Below, piece after piece: positions 1 to 8,912 of a stretch of DNA of 64,000 nt. A program made the position numbers and the translations under genes. The DNA comes from Patescibacteria group bacterium (GTDB lineage Bacteria; Patescibacteriota; Gracilibacteria; UBA1369): NCBI GenBank assembly GCA_963169655.1, contig CAUJCM010000002.1:1426-65425 (forward strand), written 5' to 3'. The notes under the pieces were generated by a model. The model had not been told where the DNA came from. It ran no database searches and worked only from the letters and a program-made list of their open reading frames with translations. The number at the start of each line of letters is the position of its first letter. Position 1 is the stretch's first letter.

Positions 1-63
1 GTCCCTGCGATGATGCTTCTAGCAGGTATTGCTATGATAGCAATTCGTCGTCGCCTTCGCTAA
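1..63 (+). CDS. 3' end of a CDS cut by the window edge; encodes ...VPAMMLLAGIAMIAIRRRLR*, a hydrophobic helix plus basic tail like a C-terminal surface-sorting/anchor signal
   Basis: Frame +1 is open from base 1 to TAA at 61-63. Hand translation gives about 12 hydrophobic residues followed by RRRLR. Confidence 0.4.
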   Translation, partial: VPAMMLLAGIAMIAIRRRLR

Positions 64-145
64 ATAAGTCCGGGTAAGCTTCCCCGGCCTGAAAGCTATG
101 AGAATGACGTCCGTATTTGTCTTCTTCACAGCTCTCAGTTGTTGT

Positions 146-180
146 CCCCCTCCTCAAGTTTTGTATGCTTGGGGAGGGGG
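146..180. other. GC-rich hairpin (ccccctcctcaag / cttggggaggggg, 9-nt loop) in an intergenic region that is GC-richer than its surroundings
   Basis: The 13-nt arms are complementary by inspection with one G-U position. No U-run follows on the + strand. Confidence 0.5.
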
Positions 181-231
181 AGGTGGATTTGAGCTCTCAA
201 CTAAGAGGTGCTTAAAATTCCAAAAAAATGA

Positions 232-268
232 ACCCTATTTTCCAATTTGTGGAGAATAGGGTTTTTTT
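232..268 (+). terminator. Rho-independent terminator, possibly bidirectional
   Basis: Stem accctattttcc / ggagaatagggt (12 bp, one G-U), 7-nt loop, then a T-run at 262-268. An A-run at 222-228 gives a U-run on the minus strand. Confidence 0.6.
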
Positions 269-408
269 GTGTTGTTTGAGAAAATCCACCCCGTCAAATT
301 CTTTGAATTTGACACCCCTCAAGAGGGGAAGGTTTTCCTCAAGTATCTTTGGTTTACTAACCATGTCCACCCCTTCCTAAATTTTGAAAGATAGTGTAAA
401 ACGGTTTT

Positions 409-1464
409 ATGAAAATATTATCCATAGAAACATCTTGCGATGAAACTGCAGTAGCTATTCTTGAAGGAGAAGGTAATCGAGTAAAGGTTATCTCTTCTGT
501 AATTGCTTCTCAAATTGATATTCATAAACTAACTGGAGGTGTAGTCCCTGAAGTTGCGGCAAGAGAACATGTAATAAAAATTAATGCGACTATTCAAGAG
601 GCTATTCAAAATGCAAATTTGACTATTCAAGACATAGATATTTTTGCAGTTACACGAGGTCCTGGTCTACTCAGTTCATTAATAGTTGGTTATTCAGCTG
701 CTTATACTTTAGCCAAAGTTTTAAATAAGCCCTTAGTTCCGGTACACCATATAGCTGGACATATTTATGCGAATTGGCTGAATCTGGAAGAAGATATTCA
801 ATTTCCTGTAATGGTTTTAACGGTTTCCGGAGGGCATAATGAATTAGTACTATTAAAGGACAATTTAAATTTTGAATTAATAGGAGAAACTTTGGATGAT
901 GCAGCTGGTGAAGCATATGATAAAGTAGCAAGACTTTTGGGACTTGGATACCCTGGAGGACCAGAAATAAGTAGGGTAGCAAAAGATGGAGATAAAAACT
1001 TTATTGAATTTCCAAGAGCTTTAAATAAATCAAATAACTTTAATTTCTCTTTCTCCGGACTAAAAACCGCTGTACTTAGAGAAATAGAAAAATTCTATCA
1101 AGAAAATGGACAACTTACAGATCAATTTATTAAAGACTGTGCTGCTTCATTTCAAGAAGCTATAAATGATAGTCTAAGTCAAAAATTAATTTTAGCGGCA
1201 AAAAAATATCAAGTAAAAGAAATACATTTAGCTGGTGGTGTCTCTGCAAATCAAAATTTAAGAGAAATGGTAACAGAAAAAATAAAAAAATATAAATTGG
1301 AGGTTAAGTTTCGATTTAATGAAAACTTAAGTTATTGTACAGATAATGCTGCAATGATAGGATGTGCGGGATATTATATATTTAAAAAAGATTCTGAAAA
1401 ATATAGTTCTAATACTGTAAATTTCCCTTTACCACAATTAAATTTATATGAAGAAAAATATTAA
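409..1464 (+). CDS. tsaD: tRNA N6-adenosine threonylcarbamoyltransferase TsaD (Kae1/Gcp family)
   Basis: Motifs ETSCDET, HHIAGH, SGGHNELV, DDAAGEAYDKVARLLGLGYPGGP, FSFSGLKT, LAGGVSAN and CTDNAAMIG. Confidence 0.9.
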   Translation: MKILSIETSCDETAVAILEGEGNRVKVISSVIASQIDIHKLTGGVVPEVAAREHVIKINATIQEAIQNANLTIQDIDIFAVTRGPGLLSSLIVGYSAAYTLAKVLNKPLVPVHHIAGHIYANWLNLEEDIQFPVMVLTVSGGHNELVLLKDNLNFELIGETLDDAAGEAYDKVARLLGLGYPGGPEISRVAKDGDKNFIEFPRALNKSNNFNFSFSGLKTAVLREIEKFYQENGQLTDQFIKDCAASFQEAINDSLSQKLILAAKKYQVKEIHLAGGVSANQNLREMVTEKIKKYKLEVKFRFNENLSYCTDNAAMIGCAGYYIFKKDSEKYSSNTVNFPLPQLNLYEEKY

Positions 1465-2461
1465 TACTAAAAAAAATAAAAGAACAATTTGGTTAGTAAT
1501 ATTTTTTATATTAGGTGTAGTCTTATTTATTCATGCTATTTACACTGCAGGTATCAAAAATATTATTGATTCTATTGTAAAATTTTCATTAACTCATTTT
1601 TTAATTCTACTAGTATTATCATTACTAAATTTTTATCTATATAGTTTGAGGTGGGAGATCATAGTTGGTTCAATTCATAAAGAAAAAAAACTTCCATCGA
1701 TGATATTTTTTTGGAATAGACTTGCAGCTTATGCTATGAGCTATATTACTCCATCTGCTCAATTAGGAGGAGAACCTTTACGAGTAATTCTCACTATAGA
1801 TGAAGGAATACCAAAAAATAAAGCTGTCTCGTCTACTATTATAGATAAAGCATTTGAATCATCTGTATTAATTTTATTTATTTCATTTGGGACTTTAACT
1901 GCAGCTTTTGATTCGAATATTGGAATGACTGGTAAGCCTTTTTTAATTTTAATTAGTTTAATTTTAATTTTTATTGTGTTCTGGTTTTACTATACTTCAT
2001 TTAAAAATATTGGTTTTTTAAGTTCTTTGTTTAAGATTTTCAAAATTTCAAAAATTAAAAAATTAAAAAATTTTGAAAATAAGTTGAATATTTTTGAAAA
2101 AGAAATGAATCAATTCTATCACGAGAATGCAAAAGAAATGTGGAAACTAATTTTAATAAGTATAATTACTATTTCCTTTCTTTTAGTTGAGCACTTTATA
2201 GTAGCTTATTTTATGGGTGTAAAACTAACTTTTCTCCAAGTATTTCTTGCTAGCACGGTACCTTATATTGCTTATTTCCTACCGCTTCCTGGAGGTATTG
2301 GAGTACTTGAAAGTGGTCATGCTACTATGTTTATGCTTTTAGGTGTTAATATAAACGCCATTGCTTTTGTTTTTATTATTAGATTAAGAGATTTTGTTTT
2401 AGTTGCTTTGGGTTTAGGTAGAATCTGGTACAAAGGTTTAAAAATTTTAAAGAAAAATTAA
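1448..2461 (+). CDS. Polytopic membrane protein, lysylphosphatidylglycerol-synthase-TM-like (flippase-like) family
   Basis: About 8 hydrophobic segments, a Lys-rich N terminus, and LRW and GGEPLR motifs typical of that family. Overlaps the tsaD stop by 17 nt. Confidence 0.55.
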   Translation: MKKNINTKKNKRTIWLVIFFILGVVLFIHAIYTAGIKNIIDSIVKFSLTHFLILLVLSLLNFYLYSLRWEIIVGSIHKEKKLPSMIFFWNRLAAYAMSYITPSAQLGGEPLRVILTIDEGIPKNKAVSSTIIDKAFESSVLILFISFGTLTAAFDSNIGMTGKPFLILISLILIFIVFWFYYTSFKNIGFLSSLFKIFKISKIKKLKNFENKLNIFEKEMNQFYHENAKEMWKLILISIITISFLLVEHFIVAYFMGVKLTFLQVFLASTVPYIAYFLPLPGGIGVLESGHATMFMLLGVNINAIAFVFIIRLRDFVLVALGLGRIWYKGLKILKKN

Positions 2462-2547
2462 TTATTAGCTTTGCCTGTTAATTTTATTTGTAGTATATTT
2501 AAGTTCGTGTAGGCCTATTATGGCTTTATTTATCTATAAAAAAAATT

Positions 2548-3930
2548 ATGGTTAATGATCAAAAACATATTGATGAGTATTTTGAGACCGAAGAAGAAAT
2601 AGAAGGTGAAGGCAAGACTCCTCCTTTTCAGACTCCGAAAGGAGTGCATGATATTCTACCTCATGATCATGAATTTCATACATATATTAAAAAGATTGTA
2701 AGACATCGTAGCAGACAAGCTGGATTTAAGAGGATAAGTACTCCTATATTTGAATTTACTGAAGTCTTTAAGAGAACTATCGGAGAAGCTACAGATATTG
2801 TAAGTAAAGAGATGTATACATTTGAAGATAAAAAAGGTCGGTCTTTAACTTTAAAACCAGAAGGTACAGCTTCAATTTGCCGTGCTTATATTCAACATAA
2901 TATGAAAGATTTACCTCAACCAGTTGAATTATTTTACTATGAACCACATTTTAGATATGACAGACCACAAGCAGGAAGATATAGACAATTTTGGCAATAT
3001 GGTTTTGAGGTAATTGGGGAATCAGATCCTGCATTAGATGTTCAATCAATTCTATTAGCTTATAAAATTTTTGAAGATCTTGGTATCGCCCATACTTTAA
3101 AATTACAAATTAATAATATTGGTGATTTAAATTCAAGGAAAGTATATGTAGAAGCATTAAGAGATTATTATTTTGGTAAAGAAAGATATCTTTCTGAAGA
3201 AGACAAAATTAGGCTTCAAAAAAATCCTTTACGAGTTCTTGATTCTAAGTATGAAGATACAATTATTCTCAATCAATCAGCTCCTAAATTTAAAGATTTT
3301 ATTTCTCCTGAAAGCCAGGCGTTCCACGAAGAAGTATTAGAATATTTAACTGATTTAGGAATTGAATATACTGAAAATAACTCTTTAGTTAGGGGTTTAG
3401 ATTACTATAACCAAACTGTTTATGAATTTTGGGATGAAAAGAAAGGAGCACAAAATTCAGTTGGAGGTGGCGGGAGATATGATGGTTTAATTGAGATGCT
3501 TGGAGGTCAACCAACTCCTGCAATTGGCTTTGCTATGGGAATTGAAAGAGTTATTGCACAAATGAAAAGACATAAAGTAAGAGTACCAAGTAAAGATGAT
3601 TTACATGTTTTTGTTGCACAGCTAGGTAGAGAAGCTAAAAAGATTTGTATTCCTTTAATTAATCAATTACGAGATAGAGGTGTGAGATCGATGGGAGCTT
3701 TGGGTAAAGGAGCAATTAAAAATCAGTTGAAAATTGCTGATAAGTTTAAGGCTCCATATTGTATTTTGATTGGACTTACAGAAGTGAGAGACCAAACTGC
3801 AATAATCAGAAATATGATTAAAGGTAGCCAAAGGACTGTAAAAATGAGTGAAGTAGTAGATGAAATTATCAAGAGTGTTGGTAAAGAAAATTTAGATTTT
3901 TATAATCCTCAAGACCCAATAGATTTGTAA
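2548..3930 (+). CDS. hisS: Histidine--tRNA ligase
   Basis: Class II HisRS motifs: KEMYTFEDKKGRSLTLKPEGT, RYDRPQAGRYRQF, GGGGRYDGL and GFAMGIER. A C-terminal anticodon-binding region is present. Confidence 0.9.
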   Translation: MVNDQKHIDEYFETEEEIEGEGKTPPFQTPKGVHDILPHDHEFHTYIKKIVRHRSRQAGFKRISTPIFEFTEVFKRTIGEATDIVSKEMYTFEDKKGRSLTLKPEGTASICRAYIQHNMKDLPQPVELFYYEPHFRYDRPQAGRYRQFWQYGFEVIGESDPALDVQSILLAYKIFEDLGIAHTLKLQINNIGDLNSRKVYVEALRDYYFGKERYLSEEDKIRLQKNPLRVLDSKYEDTIILNQSAPKFKDFISPESQAFHEEVLEYLTDLGIEYTENNSLVRGLDYYNQTVYEFWDEKKGAQNSVGGGGRYDGLIEMLGGQPTPAIGFAMGIERVIAQMKRHKVRVPSKDDLHVFVAQLGREAKKICIPLINQLRDRGVRSMGALGKGAIKNQLKIADKFKAPYCILIGLTEVRDQTAIIRNMIKGSQRTVKMSEVVDEIIKSVGKENLDFYNPQDPIDL

Positions 3931-4054
3931 TCTAATTATTTGATTATATTTTAAAGATAATCGTATTAAAAAAATTTCTTTAGAAAGAGTTAGAATAATT
4001 TAAATATCTTTATTCTTTGTACTTGTATTATTATAAATTCAATACTTTATCCAA

Positions 4055-4531
4055 TTGCTTCACAAGAAAATAAATCAAAAAAATATAGATAATTTAAATC
4101 AACTTTTTATTAAAAGCATTAATAAATGTTTAAATAATAAATATATTAGAATTTTTTTTATTATATTCACACTAATCATGTTGATTTTTGGGTCTAGGTT
4201 ATTTATCAGTGAACCCCCCTTTCATACTGAATGGCTACAAAATAATACTGATTATGCCATACAAAGAGAAAAATTTGCCAAATGTATTGCTAGTAGTGGA
4301 GCAACTATGTTTGGGGTTGATACTTGTCCGTATTGCCAACAGCAAAAGAAATTATTTGGAACAAGTTTTGCTGAAATTAATTATGTAAATTGTGATTTTG
4401 ACAAGTTAATTTGCCAAGAAAACAATATTTATTCCTACCCTATTTGGGAAATAAATGGTAATCTTGCCCTTGGTTATCAAAGTTTCGATCAACTAGCGCA
4501 ATTAACTAATTGTACTGCTCCAAAATTATAA
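4055..4531 (+). CDS. Membrane-anchored thioredoxin-fold protein (CPYC), resembling the Trx-like domain usually fused to bacterial VKOR
   Basis: N-terminal TM (IRIFFIIFTLIMLIFGSRLF), then GATMFGVDTCPYCQQQKKLFG...YVNC...C...YPIWEING. The TTG start is the only start upstream of the TM, so the start is uncertain. Confidence 0.6.
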   Translation: MLHKKINQKNIDNLNQLFIKSINKCLNNKYIRIFFIIFTLIMLIFGSRLFISEPPFHTEWLQNNTDYAIQREKFAKCIASSGATMFGVDTCPYCQQQKKLFGTSFAEINYVNCDFDKLICQENNIYSYPIWEINGNLALGYQSFDQLAQLTNCTAPKL

Positions 4532-4554
4532 ATTAAAAATTTAATTTTAAAATT

Positions 4555-5742
4555 ATGGCCACTCCTAAAAAAAATGTGAAGAAAACTACGGTAAAAACTA
4601 GTTTAAAGAAGAAAGTATCACCAAAGAAAGTGTCAGTATCACAAGACCTAAAAAAGGAACCTATAGTAAAAACTACTACCCGACAGGTTGAAACTAAGGT
4701 TGATCAACAAGATGAGAATGTAGGCACATTTTCATGGTGGGCTTTACTTTCTACAATTTTAATTTTAGTTTTTGTAACAATTTTGGTTTATCAGAATAAT
4801 GTTACATTTAGACAAAATGTTAATAAATTTGTAGCTTCAACTGGGCTAGTTTCTGAAAATAATAATACGTCTAATACAGTAAATAATGCTCCAGTATTTA
4901 ATATGAAGATGAATATTGTCTATAATAAAGATGATGCTTATATGGAAAAGACAATTAAAGATTATTTAGTAAATATTGAAAATAATCTTGGTAATACTAA
5001 AGTAGATGCTAATTGGGTAGATAAAAATAGTGATGAAGGAAAAGCAATAATTGAAGCTTTAAATGCAAAATTCTTACCAATATTTACAACAGATTCTTCT
5101 ATTACAAAACATCCAAAATATACTCAATTTGCACCTGCAATTAATGTTGTTGGAGATATTTACCATTTCCAATCTGAAGGTATGGAATATTTAGTTACTC
5201 CTGAAGTAAATGATGCTAATCATATGGGAGCAAATCCAGAAACTGCAAAAGTAAAGATTATTGAATATATGAGTTTAACTTGCTCATATTGTAAAACAAT
5301 GCAACCAATTCTTGAGAAAGCTATGGATAAATATGGTAAAGATGTCGTTTGGGTAGTTAAACACTATGATAGAGGTGGAATTGACTCTTTGCTTGCACAA
5401 GGCGCTGAGTGTGCAGCTGAACAAAATAAATTTGAAGAAATGATGAGTGATGTTTTTGCAAGACAAAGTGAAATTGGATCAGCTATTACTTCTGAAGAGA
5501 CTATGAAAAAAGATGTAATTGAACAATTAAAGATTTCTGCAAAGAATGTAAAAATTAATACAGACAAGTTAGCTAGCTGTGTTGAATCTGGAAAATATGC
5601 TCAAAAAGTTGAAGATCAAACTAAAGAAGGATTAGAATTTGGCATTATGGGTACTCCTGGTTTCTTCATAAATAACAGATTTATTGGAGGAGCTACTGAT
5701 GAAGAAACATTTATGAAGATTATTGAAGAACAATTAAATTAA
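4555..5742 (+). CDS. Membrane-anchored DsbA-family thiol:disulfide oxidoreductase with long N-terminal extension
   Basis: Lys-rich N terminus, TM WWALLSTILILVFVTILVY, about 150-aa linker, then a DsbA-like domain with CSYC and a GTPGFFIN cis-Pro loop. Confidence 0.7.
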   Translation: MATPKKNVKKTTVKTSLKKKVSPKKVSVSQDLKKEPIVKTTTRQVETKVDQQDENVGTFSWWALLSTILILVFVTILVYQNNVTFRQNVNKFVASTGLVSENNNTSNTVNNAPVFNMKMNIVYNKDDAYMEKTIKDYLVNIENNLGNTKVDANWVDKNSDEGKAIIEALNAKFLPIFTTDSSITKHPKYTQFAPAINVVGDIYHFQSEGMEYLVTPEVNDANHMGANPETAKVKIIEYMSLTCSYCKTMQPILEKAMDKYGKDVVWVVKHYDRGGIDSLLAQGAECAAEQNKFEEMMSDVFARQSEIGSAITSEETMKKDVIEQLKISAKNVKINTDKLASCVESGKYAQKVEDQTKEGLEFGIMGTPGFFINNRFIGGATDEETFMKIIEEQLN

Positions 5743-7157
5743 TGACTTTGAATTTTAATAAATATTATTTCTCAAGAAAATTATTATTAATTAGCTTAAT
5801 AAGTAGTCTAGTATTTAACTGGACTACTTTAAGTTTTGCACAAAATAATATTTTTACTGATGTTACTAAAGATAATAAATATTATTTTGCAATTAATTTT
5901 CTCAAAGAAAAAAATATTATTAAAGGTTATGATGATGGTACTTTCAAGCCAGATCAAACAATAAATAGGGCTGAAGCTTTAAAAATAGTATTCTTGTCTC
6001 GTGATATGCTTGGCTTACCTGGTGGAAATGAAGCTAAAATTTCTTTTCCAGATGTAAAAAACAGTGATTGGTTTGCGAGTTTTGTTAAGAAAGCGGTTGA
6101 CCTTAAAATTGTAGAAGGTTATCAGGATGGAACTTTTAAACCTGCAAATCAAATTACTGCAGGGGAGAGTTTAAAGATAATGATGACTGGTTTAATTAAA
6201 AATTATCAAATAAGAGATGTGAAAGAGAATCCTTTCACTGATGTTGTGATTGATCAATGGTATACTCCATATTTAGCTGATGCAAAAAATTTACAATATA
6301 TAGAGGCAAATGTAGATGGTAGTTATGCACCAAACCGCTCTATGAGTCGTGGTGATTTTGCAGAAGCAATTTATCGAATTTTATATACACAATTAAATAA
6401 TTTAGATAATTTTCCATTAAATCTAAATTGGCCTTACTGTAATAATTATGAGCTCGGATATAAAGTGAAAACTCCTTTAAATTGGGATGTGTTAGCAGTT
6501 GATAATCAGATGATTATATGGAGGAAAGACAATGACAATGGTCAAGTTAGTTTTGCTAGGGTATATCCAAATAGTGCTGTGGCAATTATAGCTGTAGATA
6601 TGAATAGATCTAAACTGTCACTTAATCAGTTTATGAAAAAAATTGAATATGGAGATAAATCTAATACTGAAGTAATAACTTTAAATGGACTCCCTTATGC
6701 TTCTGTTTATATTGAAGAAAGTGGATTGCAAGATAGTTATTTTCAAATGCCTGATGGAAGAATTGTAATTATTTATTCTCAAATTGGTGATGGAAATATG
6801 AAAGATCAATTAAAGAATGAATTAAAATATATTTTAGGAAGTATTAGAAGTTCAAATAAACCTCAAGAGGGAGAGAAAAATTGCTTCAATATTCAAACTA
6901 ATAGTGAGGAGGAAAATAATGTGAATACTTTAAACCAATTAAAAAATGATATTCTTAAACAAGTTTTGGCAGAAGGTAAGGCTGATAGTGTTTTGAGTAA
7001 AGTAAATGATAAAATTATTATTGAAACAGATAGTATTGGTATTGGAACTGGTCCAATTGATTATTATTTTTCAGAGAGCTTGAATTTTACAATAAAAGTT
7101 GATAGAAATGCAAAGACAATACTAGCAACAAAGACTGGTAAAACTACAGCATTTTAA
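5742..7157 (+). CDS. Secreted S-layer-homology (SLH) domain protein with uncharacterised C-terminal domain
   Basis: Signal peptide ending SFAQ. Three SLH-like repeats follow (F.DV....W/Y......... GY.DGTFKP...I.R.E). The start overlaps the upstream stop as TAATG. Confidence 0.7.
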   Translation: MTLNFNKYYFSRKLLLISLISSLVFNWTTLSFAQNNIFTDVTKDNKYYFAINFLKEKNIIKGYDDGTFKPDQTINRAEALKIVFLSRDMLGLPGGNEAKISFPDVKNSDWFASFVKKAVDLKIVEGYQDGTFKPANQITAGESLKIMMTGLIKNYQIRDVKENPFTDVVIDQWYTPYLADAKNLQYIEANVDGSYAPNRSMSRGDFAEAIYRILYTQLNNLDNFPLNLNWPYCNNYELGYKVKTPLNWDVLAVDNQMIIWRKDNDNGQVSFARVYPNSAVAIIAVDMNRSKLSLNQFMKKIEYGDKSNTEVITLNGLPYASVYIEESGLQDSYFQMPDGRIVIIYSQIGDGNMKDQLKNELKYILGSIRSSNKPQEGEKNCFNIQTNSEEENNVNTLNQLKNDILKQVLAEGKADSVLSKVNDKIIIETDSIGIGTGPIDYYFSESLNFTIKVDRNAKTILATKTGKTTAF

Positions 7158-7167
7158 TCCCAATAAT

Positions 7168-7458
7168 ATGAAAAAAATATTAAATATCACCTTAGGCCTA
7201 TTGTTCTTAACATTATTTTCTGCTTGCCAATCTAATACTGAAATTCTAGAAAATAATAATGATGTCCCAAAAGAGGTGGTTGATCATGGTATTCCTTTTA
7301 CAAATGGGCCTGATAGTGAACCTAATATCAAAGGACCAGATTCTTTGCCACCAGAAAGTAATTTAAGTGAAAAACAAGCTAATAATCTTGTAAGTCAGGC
7401 ACAAGCAATTACAACTTCAGAAAGTATTCGTTTAACTCTTCCAAAGAAGACAGAATAA
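7168..7458 (+). CDS. Small putative lipoprotein
   Basis: N terminus MKKILNITLGLLFLTLFSAC is lipobox-like. The remainder is hydrophilic and Pro/Asn/Ser-rich. Confidence 0.5.
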   Translation: MKKILNITLGLLFLTLFSACQSNTEILENNNDVPKEVVDHGIPFTNGPDSEPNIKGPDSLPPESNLSEKQANNLVSQAQAITTSESIRLTLPKKTE

Positions 7459-7465
7459 GAATATT

Positions 7466-8833
7466 TTAACTTTCAAAAGTATATTTCACTCCTGGTTTTA
7501 GTTTTTTATTGGTTTTAGAGCTTTTAGAGATGATATTTTCATCTTTTGCTTCATCTAATTTTGATTCTTTTGCGGATTGAATATTTTTTTGCTTTTTAAT
7601 TTCTTCTACCTGAATATTTTCAATAGTTTCTTTTAAATTATTAGGAATTTTTGTAAATGTTTCATCCCCTTTTTGGAGGAGATTTAATCTTTTGGCTTGA
7701 TAATCTAGGATTTTTTGAATAACCATTTGTCCATGGCTTTCAAAACTAGCATCTTTAATTCTAAAACCTGCAGCTTTATGATGTCCCCCACCGCCGAATA
7801 AAGAGGCAATTTCACTAGCATCTAAATTATCAGATAAAGTTCTTAAACTTCCATATAAAAGTCCATCAGATTTTTCTTTTAAAAGTAAAACTATATCCGT
7901 ATTTGGAGCGTTAGACATTAATTCATCAATTATATCGCCTGTTTCATCAGCTGAACTACCTGTATCTAATAAATCTTTATGAGAAATTTTAGACCAAAGA
8001 AATCTGTGATCTTTTTCAATTTTGATATTAGAAAGAACTCTTCCCCAAAGTCTTAATGTAGAAAGTTTTTTAGTTTTATAAATATTTTGAATAATTTCTT
8101 GCTGTCTTGCTCCCCTTTTAATTAATTTTGCAGAATTTGCAAAAGATTTTGGATTGGTATTGGAATGTTGAAAAGATCCGGTATCAGTAATAATTCCAGC
8201 AAGTAATAAAGTAGCAATATCCTCATCAATTAGCTCTTTTTCATATTTCTCTTCCATTCCTTCAATGATACTTAAAGTAATTTCAGTAGTGGAAGAACTT
8301 AAAACATCGATGTAATTAACTAAACCAAATTGCTCATTAGAAATGTGATGATCAATATTAATTACTGGTAAGTCAGTGAATAATTTAACATTATCTTCAT
8401 AGAATTTACCTAATTGCTGTAAAGAAGCAGTATCAACTGTAATAATTAAATCATAAAGATTTGGGCCTTGAGAAAAACTAATATTTTTCTGTGAAAATTG
8501 TCCTGACTTTGCAGTTAAAATAATATTAACTTTATTTTCTTCGACTTGGCTTTCAATACTCCCTAGTTCTGCTTTCAATGTATCTAATGTAATAATAAAG
8601 TCTGGGCTTGGTGAAAATTCATTTGAAACTGCATTAATCATTGGTAGAAATTCTAATGAATCTGGAATTGGATCAGCACAAACTACTGTGTTTTTTTTAT
8701 TTAACTTTTGAAGAGCTAAATACAAAGCAATAGCACTACCAAGAGAATCACCGTCTGGAGGACTAGAAGGCATAATCAAAATACTTTCAGCTTGATCTAT
8801 TAATTTGGTTATTTGTAAGATACGGTTATTCAT
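7466..8833 (-). CDS. DHH/DHHA1 phosphoesterase (NrnA-like) with charged C-terminal extension
   Basis: DGDSLGS, IDHH and GGGGHHKAAGF motifs. About 90 aa of Lys/Glu-rich tail lies beyond the DHHA1 domain. Confidence 0.75.
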   Translation of the reverse strand: MNNRILQITKLIDQAESILIMPSSPPDGDSLGSAIALYLALQKLNKKNTVVCADPIPDSLEFLPMINAVSNEFSPSPDFIITLDTLKAELGSIESQVEENKVNIILTAKSGQFSQKNISFSQGPNLYDLIITVDTASLQQLGKFYEDNVKLFTDLPVINIDHHISNEQFGLVNYIDVLSSSTTEITLSIIEGMEEKYEKELIDEDIATLLLAGIITDTGSFQHSNTNPKSFANSAKLIKRGARQQEIIQNIYKTKKLSTLRLWGRVLSNIKIEKDHRFLWSKISHKDLLDTGSSADETGDIIDELMSNAPNTDIVLLLKEKSDGLLYGSLRTLSDNLDASEIASLFGGGGHHKAAGFRIKDASFESHGQMVIQKILDYQAKRLNLLQKGDETFTKIPNNLKETIENIQVEEIKKQKNIQSAKESKLDEAKDENIISKSSKTNKKLKPGVKYTFES

Positions 8834-8912
8834 TCGATTTATTTTAAACCATTTGTATATTATAAAATAAAATATCTATTTTGTAAAATACAAGTATAGA
8901 TTTAAATGATTG

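Noticed and set aside
66-74. aagtccggg resembles the RNase P RNA CR-I element (GGAAAGUCCGGG), raising the idea of an RNase P gene at the window start
   Set aside because: I could not find the other universally conserved RNase P regions, such as the ACAGAA...CCGGCUUA P4 partner or the GGUAA/GNRA modules. In addition, the preceding 63 nt read as a convincing TM-plus-basic-tail protein C terminus.
671-982. Antisense or alternative-frame ORFs inside well-supported genes (671..982, 4188..4388, 5284..5567, 12210..12428, 15955..16416, 21780..21962, 22341..22544, 25049..25231, 43730..43927, 50016..51451, 55582..55791, 62019..62744)
   Set aside because: Each lies wholly within a longer ORF that has strong family motifs or clear protein-like features. 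Their products are low-complexity or hydrophobic strings typical of shadow frames in AT-rich DNA.
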